This document shows positions 9,987 to 19,569 of a stretch of DNA of 64,000 nucleotides, one piece after another. A program made the position numbers and the translations under genes. Source of the stretch: Thermodesulfobacteriota bacterium (GTDB lineage Bacteria > Desulfobacterota > Desulfarculia > JACQYL01); NCBI GenBank assembly GCA_963675595.2, contig CAXXLZ010000001.1, positions 832,001 to 896,000 of the forward strand. Direction: 5' to 3'. Below the pieces are notes generated by a model, which worked only from the letters and a program-made list of their open reading frames with translations, made no database searches and had not been told where the DNA came from. Each line of letters begins with the position of its first letter. Within the stretch, counting starts at the first letter, position 1.

Positions 9987-10865
9987 TTAGGTACATCGCC
10001 ATCGGCTGAGCTCCCTATTCAATATTGATTCAAGTTTCGTTATTTCTTCTGAAAAATAGCATACCAATTCGGCCCTGAGCTCCAAAGGCATAGGGGGACG
10101 GGGTGCAATTGTCCGATTTATGTTGTCAAGGTAGTTTAAGAGGCCAAGGGAGATGGGTATCCTTGATCGAATCTTCAAATAATATATTTCTCTGATAAGC
10201 TTTCTAAGGATAGGGAATCTGTATTTCGATGCTTGATTTATTACGGGAAAGTGGTATCTCCCATCGTCCGGTACATTCAAGAAGGTGAGAACCCGCAAGT
10301 ACTCTCGTCGAGGTTGCTGCTTAAGGTCCTCCAATAGAATGGGTAAAACAGACTTGGGCTCTGTCAGGTTTATCAAACGTTCCATCTGGGAGCCTAATGA
10401 ACAAGCAGGACCATAAAGCAAATATTTCGGCTCCTCACAGTTCTTTGGAACCGATATGCCTTGTGATCTTTTCTGCTGCAAGGCCCATGCCTTACTAAAT
10501 TCCCATTCCGTTTCAGCATGCGCTTTGATCATTTCCATGTGGAGGGCGTAGGCCATATCGACGGGATTTCGCAACATCACAATGAACCGTGGTTCTGTAT
10601 AGCTCAGGATATTAGGGACCGCCGCCTCCGAATAAAGATACCATGCAGTGGCTTCGCCAACGGCGATATGACGGTCGGTAGTGGGCTTAAACACCTCCTC
10701 AAACGCTTCAAGGGAGAGCCGATCGTGGCGAGCATGATCTACGTTGAAGAAGTATGTCTCCTTACCTGGGCATAGAAAGACACTGGGATGACTTTGGAGA
10801 TAACTTGACATTGCCGTTGTGCCGCATTTTGGGGCTCCGAGAATGAAGAAGTTGGGTTTACTCAT
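9987..10865 (-). CDS. Sulfotransferase
   Basis: PNFFILGAPKCGTT 5'-PSB loop; GEATAWY; MLRNPVD 3'-PB motif. Confidence 0.9.
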   Translation of the reverse strand: MSKPNFFILGAPKCGTTAMSSYLQSHPSVFLCPGKETYFFNVDHARHDRLSLEAFEEVFKPTTDRHIAVGEATAWYLYSEAAVPNILSYTEPRFIVMLRNPVDMAYALHMEMIKAHAETEWEFSKAWALQQKRSQGISVPKNCEEPKYLLYGPACSLGSQMERLINLTEPKSVLPILLEDLKQQPRREYLRVLTFLNVPDDGRYHFPVINQASKYRFPILRKLIREIYYLKIRSRIPISLGLLNYLDNINRTIAPRPPMPLELRAELVCYFSEEITKLESILNRELSRWRCT

Positions 10866-10876
10866 TTAGAATTCCT

Positions 10877-12228
10877 TTATGACGGCTTATGCACCGACGC
10901 TTTTCTTCCGATTGGGGCACAAACCAATCCTAAACGCTTATACACGTGGAAGCATGAAAAGATATTCCAAACGATCAAGCTGACGGTGGTGGCTATTGAG
11001 GCGCCAATCATGCCCAAACGTGGAATCAGCACGCAATTCAATGACAGGCTTATAAGCAAGGCACAGGCCGCACATTGGAGGCTGCATCGTTCATGTCCTG
11101 TCATGATCAAAATATAGCCGACTGATCCTGTGCTGACATTGACTAGTTGGCCTATGCACAGAATCGAAAGTGGTATACTGCCCAGTGCGAAGGGGGGTCC
11201 GAAAAGGCGGCTCAAGATCGGATTTGCGAAAAAAAAAAGATGGAGGCGGTCGGGAGACCGATAAGCAAAGAGATTCGGGCGCTCGTTGTTGCCAGAGTTT
11301 GAAGTTTGTCAAAATTCCCGGTTTCGTATGAACTCGTAATTGCCGGGGCCAGTACGGCATTTATGGAAGACAATATGAAAGAGATCAGTGCGGCACACTG
11401 GACTGCGGCGCGATATACGCCCACATCTTCAGGTCCTTGAAATAGTCCGATCATAAGAATATCTGCTTGGGTGTAGGCTGTTTGTATGGCCCCCATTCCC
11501 AACAGCGGAACGGCACTGCTTAACCACTGAGAGTGCTCATACGCGAGGCCAAGTGTTTTATCCGACCTGGGGAATGCAGCCGCGATCAAGCGTGTCGCAA
11601 CGAGCAAAGCGACCACGGCGGCTAGAGAATGGAGGAGAAGTACAAATTCCGGGCCTATTCTGATTATCGACTCATAGTTCCAAAAAACGACCAATAGAAC
11701 AAGAAAGACACACGGTCGTATGATGAGGTTTGGTAATTGGCCGGAAATCACTCGACCGATTCCGAGAAGTGCCGACTCACGAATTCGCAATAATCCCAAA
11801 CCAAGGAAAAGAAAGACTGAACAGAAAATTATGGAATGCGTGTAATAGGTTCCCGATGTCAGGGTACTGACGGTTACGCCTATACAAGCGACGACAATAC
11901 CCAATAATAAAACAACTTGATCCGCTCGCAAACGCAAGCCTGACAGAAGGTTGGTACAACCGCGTGCCGAGTAGATAGCCGTAAATCGAGTAACAACTAC
12001 AGACACACCGTTTTGAACGGGTACCAAAAAAAGAGTCAACACAGCGAAAATAAATGTATAAACACCGTAATCTTCAGTCCCCAATGCCCGTGCTAAAAGA
12101 GCTGTTATGCCTAAAGATAAGAAGGTAAAACCAATTTTCAAGGCAAAACTTAGAGAGGCTTGTATAATGGTTGATAGCGGATAAATCAATTTTGGAATCT
12201 TTGTAATTTCTATGTTATTTACAGCCAA
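10877..12228 (-). pseudogene. wzx: Wzx/MOP-family flippase, frameshifted at a T10 tract
   Basis: ORF 11212-12228 (LARALGTEDYG...DILMIG...VGVYRAA) and ORF 10877-11215 (LIPRLGMIGASIAT) join in frame if the A10 run at 11229-11238 is 11 or 8 nt. Confidence 0.85.
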
Positions 12229-14238
12229 AGTCCGTTTAAAAGGAAATGGAAGTAAGAAGGAATTTTTCTAATTTCTGAGTTAAAGACTAAAGTAATTGAA
12301 GTCGATCATTTGAGTGCTTAATCTATTTTTTAGTGGGCTTTATTCTTAACACAATGAAGTGGAAATTAAAAGCAAAAAAACTTGCGTGCTATATGTAAGG
12401 TGGGCCCCTGGGATGAGATTACAGGTTAAGAGATAATCATCTTTCACGGTTGGAGGGTATTGCTGTCCCAGGAAAAATCATGTCGAATCAACAACAACCG
12501 GCACTGGGAGCCCTGTGGGTTATGATGATGCCAGCGATACTCGAAAACAAAACAAGAGAACCCCCGTCATCGCGCATCGTAAGAAAATCCTGAGCCAGAC
12601 AACTACACTCTTTCATAGACATCTATTTGACACTTCTGCAACAATTCATCATGCTGGACGCAGTTTGACTGATCTTTGACAGTTCAAAAAAACGAATGCA
12701 GTAATTTCAGCTGCTTATACGAAAAAGAAAGGTTTATGGCACTACGTTTTGGTGCTCCTGGAGAGTCTGTAAAGTGGGCGGCGGTTTGAGGCCAACGGCT
12801 TGGAAGATGCGGTAGGCGTCGCCTTGGAATTCCGTTCTGGGGAGGTAGGATTTCTCTGCGACCTGTAGATGGATGGCTTTGAAGGCGTCGAGGTCGAGCA
12901 GAACCTGGTCCCAAGGGATGTCGATTTCTTTGGTTTTGAGCTGTTTCTGCAGCGCGATCTTCAGGTATAGGGCCAGGAAGTTGCAGAAAATGTGACCTTG
13001 AACGCGTGACACCGTTGATGGAACACGGGCCTGACTTCCAGGGCGGATTTGAGGTCCCGGAAGGCTCTTTCCACCTGCCACAGTCGCTTGTAGGTGACCG
13101 CGACTTCATCGTCGGGAATGTCGGTACTGGTGAGGAGAACATACTTGCCGTCGAAGCGGGCGTCGTCCTTGACCTTGGCGGGATCGATGCGCACGGTTTC
13201 CCGGTCGAGTTTGATGAATTTCCTGAAGCCCTTGTTTCCCACCAGAGACTGGGGCCCCTGTTTTTTCAGGGTGGTTTTCAACTTTTCCACAAGGGCCGAT
13301 CGGGTGGCCTCGTCTTTGGCTGCTTGGTCTTGGTTGTAGCAGAGGACGTAACGGCATCCGTTCAGATGAATCTCCTTGAACCACAAGGTGGGAGTGAGCG
13401 CTTGGTAGTAGCCCGGAGTGTCCACCACTTGGCCTCGGACATCCTGGTAACGGCGCATGGGGATGCCCACGATGTAGTCGATACCGGCACGCTCCAGTTC
13501 CACCAGATTGTCGACGCCGACCATACCGCGGTCGGAGACCAGGACCACGTTGTTCAGGGAGAACAGACGCTTGACCAGGGCGATGATGCGCTTGATGGTG
13601 GTAACGTCCGCCGTGTTGCCCTCCCAAAATTGACAGGAAAGGGGATATCCCTTTCGGGACATGACGACGCCCACCAACACCTGTTTCCGATCGGGACGAT
13701 GGTCCTTGGAGAACCCGTATCGAGCCAACTCGGCCGGCCCCCGGCCCTCGAAGTAGACCGAGGTGGTGTCGAAGAAAACGAGATCCACCCCGTAATCGAA
13801 GAGGTCGCGGCCCCGACGGAAAAGTTCCTTTTCGATTTCGGGCTGATACTCGGCCAGGAAGTCCATGGATCGATAAAGGTGCTGAAGCTCCAGGTCGTCG
13901 AAGCCTTCACCGTGGACGTTCTGAATCCAACGGCTCGCGGCGAGATCGGATCCCGGACGGACCAAGCGTTGGCAGACGCAGGCAAAGACCGCGCGCTCTA
14001 GATCGAAGCGATAATCGGAGCGAGAAGCGAGAGATCGGAGTACCACATCGAGCCCCAAGGTCTTCCAGAGTTTCTCGATCACCAAAACGGTTCCCCAGGA
14101 CTTGGCCCAGTCCGTCTTGACACTACCTTCCTTATAGAGACTGATGACCTGATTCTGGGTGGAGTGGAATGCCCCCCGATAATTGGTCCATGTATAATGA
14201 GAGTCTGAATGCCCAAAGAACGGAAGGAGACTTTTTGC

Positions 14239-14520
14239 ATGGCCAAGAGAAAGAGACACAGCGCGGAGCAAATCATCCGGAAACTTGAAGACGCGGACCG
14301 TCGTCTGACGGCAGGGCAGACGATAGCGCAGGTTTGCCAATCGCTGGAGGTGAGCGAGGCGACGTACCACCGGTGGCGAAACCAGTATGGGGGGATGAAG
14401 GCTGAGGAGGCCAAACGGCTAAAAGAACTGGAAAAGGAAAATGCACGCTTAAAAAAGCTGGTCGCCGATCTGATGTTGGACAAGGCAATGCTGAAGGATC
14501 TTGCGGAGGGAAACTTCTAA
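14239..14520 (+). CDS. IS3 OrfA
   Basis: Identical to 32-313. Slippery site GGGAAAC at 14508-14514. Confidence 0.93.
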   Translation: MAKRKRHSAEQIIRKLEDADRRLTAGQTIAQVCQSLEVSEATYHRWRNQYGGMKAEEAKRLKELEKENARLKKLVADLMLDKAMLKDLAEGNF

Positions 14521-14651
14521 GCCCGGCGCGTCGTAGGAAAGCGGTTGATTATGTTCGAAGTGAACATGCCGCTTCAGAGCGTCGGGCCTGCCGCGTAGCC
14601 GGTCAACACCGATCCACCCAACGTTATGAGCCGAAGGAACGGGACGATGAG

Positions 14652-15419
14652 GTGGAACTGATCAAGGCTCTTCACCGGTTGGTTGGAGAACATCCCCGTT
14701 TTGGATGCCGTAGGATCACTCGGCTGCTGCGTGATGCGGGGTGGGCGGTAAACTACAAGCGAATTCATAGACTTTGGAAAGAGGAGGGATTCAAGGTACC
14801 TCGAAAAGCCAAGAAGAAACGCTTCCTGGGAGTTGATGCCAATGCGTGCAACAAGCGTAAGGCGGCTTTTGCAAATGATGTCTGGACGTTGGATTTCATT
14901 CATGACCGCTTGGTCGACGGCCGTCAGTTCAAGTGCTTGGCCATTGTCGACGAGTTTACTCGGGAAAACCTGGCCCTGAGGATCAACCGCTCCATTACGG
15001 GTGAAGACGTTTTGAACGAGCTGAGCCGATTGATGGGCGAGCGGGGAGTTCCAACGGGCATTCGATCGGATAACGGTCCCGAATTTATAGCCCAAAAGGT
15101 GAGAAATTGGCTGAAAGACCTGGGAGTGGGAACCTTTTTCGTCGAGCCGGGAGCCCCTTGGCAGAACGGGTACGTGGAAAGTTTCAACAGCCGTTTTCGG
15201 GATGAATTCTTGAACATGGAAATTTTCAACAACATCAAGGAAGCGCAGACTCTGGCCGCCAAATGGCGGAAAGTCTATAACGAGGAAAGACCGCACAGTG
15301 CATTGAATTACATGACCCCGGCCCAGTTCGCGGCGAGCCCTTGGGGCCTCGACTCCGCCTCGCTCAGCTCGGCTTCGCCGAGGCCCCAAGGGCCGGGGAT
15401 GGAAAACCGCGAGTCATGA
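14652..15419 (+). CDS. IS3 OrfB integrase core (probably made as OrfAB by -1 frameshift)
   Basis: WTLDF, VDEFTRE, RSDNGPEF, PWQNGYVESFN, YNEERPHSAL. Confidence 0.93.
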   Translation: MELIKALHRLVGEHPRFGCRRITRLLRDAGWAVNYKRIHRLWKEEGFKVPRKAKKKRFLGVDANACNKRKAAFANDVWTLDFIHDRLVDGRQFKCLAIVDEFTRENLALRINRSITGEDVLNELSRLMGERGVPTGIRSDNGPEFIAQKVRNWLKDLGVGTFFVEPGAPWQNGYVESFNSRFRDEFLNMEIFNNIKEAQTLAAKWRKVYNEERPHSALNYMTPAQFAASPWGLDSASLSSASPRPQGPGMENRES

Positions 15420-15652
15420 TAAAACTCTCATAACTCCTGGACCAAAAACTGGGGGCTTGACAGGAGAACTTGGCGAGACTGGTAAGAACTCCGTCCAAGG
15501 CACCCGATTCACGGAGCCTGTCGAGACGGCCCAGCGTGCATATAACTTTCTGTTTTACCTTCTTATCCTGGCGGTAGTTCTCCACGATCTGAAGATATTC
15601 ATGCTCGGATCCGCCGCTTTTGACCTTTTTGACGCGTGCAAACATGAAACAA

Positions 15653-15682
15653 ATTGTACGGAATACAGGTCGGCGGATTCAA
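15653..15682 (-). promoter_or_regulatory. Putative sigma70 promoter of the outer IS1634 transposase (leaderless)
   Basis: TTGAAT-N18-TACAAT, 7 nt before the ATG at 15645. Confidence 0.5.
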
Positions 15683-15843
15683 GGAAAAAATCGCACATAT
15701 TGGCACTACGTTTGGAGCCTCGGAAAAAGGCCAGCCTAATCATTTCGGTAAGTTAGGCGGGAGAGGCCCACTTTTTCACCCTCCAACAGGAGTTTAAGAG
15801 TTACCTGAGCAGAATAGTCTATAAGGGCTGTAAAAGCAGTAAG

Positions 15844-17568
15844 TTACGTTCTGAAAGTTTGTAAGACCCCACCGTCGTTCATCTGGAAACCGAAGGCGTG
15901 CAGGATTTGGGCCTGGATGTCGTTCGGTTGTTCGATCATGCGGAGGGGTTTTCGTTTTGCCGGACTGAAGCAGAGGCAGGAGTGGAGTCTTTGCATCTGC
16001 TGCATGACGGTTGAGGCTGTGAGATTCAGTCCGGCGCGTCGCACTCGGAGTTCAATAATTCGAAGGTAGGTGAGCGCGACAACGCAGGTCAGGATATGGC
16101 ACCGGATTTTTCCATCCGTCCAATGACGGATCGGAAAGAGGGAAACCAGGTCGTGGTCCTTGGTTTGCCGAAATGCTTTTTCCACTTTGTATCGATCCAG
16201 GCAGGCCCGTACAATCTCATCCGTACTCCAATCCCCGTTATCCGTTACGATGATGTTCTTTCCGAATCGGTTAATGTATCTTCCGATCCGATAGAAGTTC
16301 TTGCGGAAACCCATGCGGGTCCGTCCTTGATCCATTTCAAAAGTCAAATCGTAGAGGTCGTCGGGGAGATGCAATTCCTTGCAGCGATCCATGTAGCGTT
16401 CCCGGACTTGCTTGGGATTTTTCCAGTGGGGCGCCTGCTCCCTGACCTTAACCCGCATGAGATAGAGTTCCTCTTGGATCTGGAGCATCTTTCTTTCGAA
16501 GGAGTACCTCTGCTTGGCGGCGGTTCTCGGATTATGAGTCACCACGACGGTTCGCAGTCGTCCCCAAAGTTCTCCCGTAGTTCGCCAGGCCGTCAGAATA
16601 TCTTCCTCCCGGCCCAGTTTCTTCAGCTCTTGATTCTTAGCGGTCTCCACCGGTTCAAACCGGGATCGATCAACCTGGGCAAGGTCCTCTGCGAAGTAGG
16701 TGGAATAGGTGGTAATGAAATGGAGGTTCTCATGGGCGTCGATGCGGGCGATATTGGCTTCGGAGTTCATTCCCTTGTCGAAAACGAGGGTCAGGTGAGC
16801 ACCGGTCCCTTTTGTACTTTGCATGCAAGCCCGGATTTCCTCCAGGGTCCGGTGAAACACTTTGGAGTCGTGACGGTTGCCTTCGTAGGCTTTGTAGAAA
16901 AGCGGCATCTGGGTATCTCTTGACACCAGAAGGGCGATGCCGACTTGACGTAGCCAGTCGCGGCCGTCCTTGTTTTTTCCTCGCCGGGCCAGTTCGGATG
17001 GGGTATCGCTGCTCATGAAGGTGTAGTAGTTGGTGGTATCGAACAGAAAGCAATCCGAATCCGCGGGCTCGATCTCCTGAACCTTCCGGAAGAACCGGGC
17101 CGCGATCTCCTCGATGTGCTCCGGTGTTACCCGATCCCACTTTTCCCAAAATCGCTGGGAGGTGAGTTCCCCCACGTCCACAGGTCGGATCGCCTGGATG
17201 GCCGTGTCTTTAAACCACGATTCCAAAGCCCGCTTGGAGCGGGAATCGATCATTCGATTGAAAACCGCATACAAGAAATACTCGCCGACGGAAGGTCCGT
17301 CCTCTCTTTTTCCTTCGGGAACCACCGAGTCCACGATATCCGCGAAGCAGGCTTCCCGGTCGATGAGTTCGGCCAGCCATAACGCCCCGAATTCCTGTGC
17401 TTGAATTTTGCTTAACCCGGCCCCGCCTCCCGCCGCCATTTCCAGAATCCGCTCAGGGCTACCCAAATAGACTTGGTTGACGACCTTGGGTTTGCCTTCG
17501 ACCCGAGCCATCTCTCGAATGTAGTAGTAGGGTCGTCCCTTTTTCATCTTCTTATGCAAATGAGCCAT
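15844..17568 (-). CDS. IS1634-family transposase (intact)
   Basis: MAHLHKKMKKGRPYYYIRE; LFDTTNYYTF; LVFDKG; KVEKAFR; PIRHWTD. Confidence 0.92.
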   Translation of the reverse strand: MAHLHKKMKKGRPYYYIREMARVEGKPKVVNQVYLGSPERILEMAAGGGAGLSKIQAQEFGALWLAELIDREACFADIVDSVVPEGKREDGPSVGEYFLYAVFNRMIDSRSKRALESWFKDTAIQAIRPVDVGELTSQRFWEKWDRVTPEHIEEIAARFFRKVQEIEPADSDCFLFDTTNYYTFMSSDTPSELARRGKNKDGRDWLRQVGIALLVSRDTQMPLFYKAYEGNRHDSKVFHRTLEEIRACMQSTKGTGAHLTLVFDKGMNSEANIARIDAHENLHFITTYSTYFAEDLAQVDRSRFEPVETAKNQELKKLGREEDILTAWRTTGELWGRLRTVVVTHNPRTAAKQRYSFERKMLQIQEELYLMRVKVREQAPHWKNPKQVRERYMDRCKELHLPDDLYDLTFEMDQGRTRMGFRKNFYRIGRYINRFGKNIIVTDNGDWSTDEIVRACLDRYKVEKAFRQTKDHDLVSLFPIRHWTDGKIRCHILTCVVALTYLRIIELRVRRAGLNLTASTVMQQMQRLHSCLCFSPAKRKPLRMIEQPNDIQAQILHAFGFQMNDGGVLQTFRT

Positions 17569-17574
17569 GCACGA

Positions 17575-17603
17575 ATAATAGCAGTAGGGTCGTACGATGT
17601 CAA
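17575..17603 (-). promoter_or_regulatory. Putative sigma70 promoter of the inner IS1634 transposase (leaderless)
   Basis: TTGACA-N17-TATTAT, 6 nt before the ATG at 17568. Confidence 0.6.
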
Positions 17604-18127
17604 GAAAACAATGTAACTACTGGAATTTTATAGACGATAATGGTCGGAGACGAATAGTAGAGGGATCTTACAGTGGGACTGCTATAATGCACTGAATTTA
17701 CAATAAAATTCGCAATTATGGCTGGCTATCTCTTAAACTCCTGTCCAACTGTCAAAGATGAGTTTGAAAGGTTAGGCAGATACTCGACTTATGGCGCTCT
17801 GATTGTCGCTCAGCTTTCCTCGTAATGACAGGCAGCCAAAATTGACGCCGGCGGTATGGTTAATCAGTTCCTGCGACACGGTTCTGAGGTCGAATGACAA
17901 CGTAGAAGGCCGTCGGCTACCGGAGTTGTCAGGCGAGGATGATGTTGGAGATTTTTTGTACTTTTCGGTTCTTTAGGTTCCCCACACCTTGCGATGTTTA
18001 TATTTCATGATACGTCTCTGTTATTCTCTTAATCAGTGTTGTTAAGACAACTTCCAATGGAACGTTCCGAACCGGTGCTCCCTTGCAGAGCACCGCTCGG
18101 AATTCCATTGTGAACTGAATGCTTATG

Positions 18128-18481
18128 TTAAGGGGCCATGAGTTGGAGATTCCTGACCCACACCCTAACGGGATCAGCAGGATCCATAAGCACACGTACC
18201 TGCTGTCCTAAAGCCAAGGCTGTGAGTGCTGTTGCTAACTGTGCCTTCGCTGTACTATTAGCAGCGGTAAGATCGAAGTACACGTAGAGGTTGGTAACCG
18301 TTGTATTAGGATCACCTTCTTTGACACCGCTGACCACCATGGACTGGTAGCCAAAGCCGGAGCCGATGCTGATAACATCGCAAAGATACCATGCATTGCT
18401 AGCCTGTGCATCCGTGTGGGAAAAGCTGAAAACCGCCAAAGCTAAGGCACACACGAAAAGGACTCTTTTTTCAAACTTCAT
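18128..18481 (-). CDS. Small secreted protein, possible OB fold
   Basis: Strong RBS (AAGGAGG); signal peptide ending AQA; pattern reads as beta-beta-beta-alpha-beta-beta. Confidence 0.75.
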   Translation of the reverse strand: MKFEKRVLFVCALALAVFSFSHTDAQASNAWYLCDVISIGSGFGYQSMVVSGVKEGDPNTTVTNLYVYFDLTAANSTAKAQLATALTALALGQQVRVLMDPADPVRVWVRNLQLMAP

Positions 18482-18676
18482 CTCTAACTTCCTCCTTAAA
18501 AAAATGATACTAAACCGTCTAAATTACGTTGTGTCAAATGCCCTCTATTTTTCAACAGGAGTAAGAAATGCATGTGGTCTCTCACCCTGCGCAGTTCGTT
18601 GGTATATGGATAGATACCTATCTGGCTCCGTCCCTCTTGCTTGACTTTTCAGGCTCTTTTCTTCTTCGCCGTGTGA

Positions 18677-19270
18677 TCAATTCTGGGCTGGCCATGTTGC
18701 AGGCTCCTCAGTCGGCAGGGGTGGCAGATTGCGCCCGTTTAATACACGTTCTCTGAGGCGCTCGAGTGATTCAGTTACTTGTTGCGGAGACCTAGTCCGG
18801 GCTATATTCATGATGAGGGTCTCGACATGTTCGTCCATCTCATCCTGAGTCATCGGGGAAGGGGGATATTCCGTTTCGATTGGAATGGGCGGTGCATCTT
18901 GCGTCGGAGTATCAATGTGGGATTTGGATACGACTAAGTTAGCATCGCGCTGAACAGTTGGAGAAAAAGGCGTATCTGTGGATGGCCTTAACGCGTGGGA
19001 AAAAGAGGTATCCTGAGGAGATGCTTCTTCCTCGTGGATATCGGAGCTAACGCCAGTCTCTTTCATTTCGGGAGAACCAGGGAGCTGGGCGAGGACATAA
19101 GCCTTTGGCCGCTCCACCTCGTTGCCGGTGCGATTCGCAAATCCATATTGATCAAGAAACAGCTGGACGCTTACCCCCACTATGGCTACGAATAGGAGAG
19201 CGCTGAGGAAGAATCTGCGTAGTACCGAGGAACTGATTCGGCCCAATCCCCCTTTGCTCTGTGTTCCCAC
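18677..19270 (-). CDS. Hypothetical protein with an N-terminal membrane anchor and a Pro/Ser/Thr-rich linker
   Basis: RBS AGGAGG before GTG; one hydrophobic segment. Confidence 0.6.
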   Translation of the reverse strand: MGTQSKGGLGRISSSVLRRFFLSALLFVAIVGVSVQLFLDQYGFANRTGNEVERPKAYVLAQLPGSPEMKETGVSSDIHEEEASPQDTSFSHALRPSTDTPFSPTVQRDANLVVSKSHIDTPTQDAPPIPIETEYPPSPMTQDEMDEHVETLIMNIARTRSPQQVTESLERLRERVLNGRNLPPLPTEEPATWPAQN

Positions 19271-19569
19271 TCCGGATGCCCTCCTGGTTAGTTACGGTTG
19301 TTGTTTGGAAAGAAGAAAATCGAAGCCTCTAACTTCGATTTGGGGGGGTTAGCCGCCTGGGGCATATTGAGGTTATCTGTTTAAACTAATCGGATATATT
19401 TTTGCTTCCCTGAGTCAAATTGTCAAGGGAGGCACTGTAGATCCGTGCATTCAAGTCCGGAAAAAACTTACTTGGCCATGATGCAATATTTTTGTTTACA
19501 ATATACTACGAGCGAATTCTGGTCAAGCAAAATTTTCAGGTACGGAGATATCACTTGCCTTGGAAACAG

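Larger units (their letters stand above)
14165..15462 (+). mobile_element. IS3-family element, copy 2 (1298 bp, intact)
   Basis: TGGAATGCCCCCC...GGGGGCTTGACA. 4-bp TSD GGAG at 14161-14164 and 15463-15466. Confidence 0.96.
12734..15645 (-). pseudogene. IS1634 transposase split by IS3 and carrying a 1-nt frameshift near 13010
   Basis: N-terminus MFARVKKVKSG...YLQIVENYR; core FFDTTSVYFEG, GFSKDHRPD, VSDRG, WQVERAFR. The C-terminal RVQGHIFCNFLA is in another frame. Confidence 0.9.
15787..17743 (-). mobile_element. Second IS1634-family element (inner)
   Basis: Perfect 14-bp IR CAGGAGTTTAAGAG / CTCTTAAACTCCTG. TSD TCCAA at 15782-15786 and 17744-17748. Confidence 0.92.
12669..17762 (-). mobile_element. 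IS1634-family element (outer), carrying nested IS3 and IS1634 insertions
   Basis: IRs CTGATCTTTGACAGTT and AACTGTCAAAGATGAG. TSD TTTGA at 12664-12668 and 17763-17767. Confidence 0.88.
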
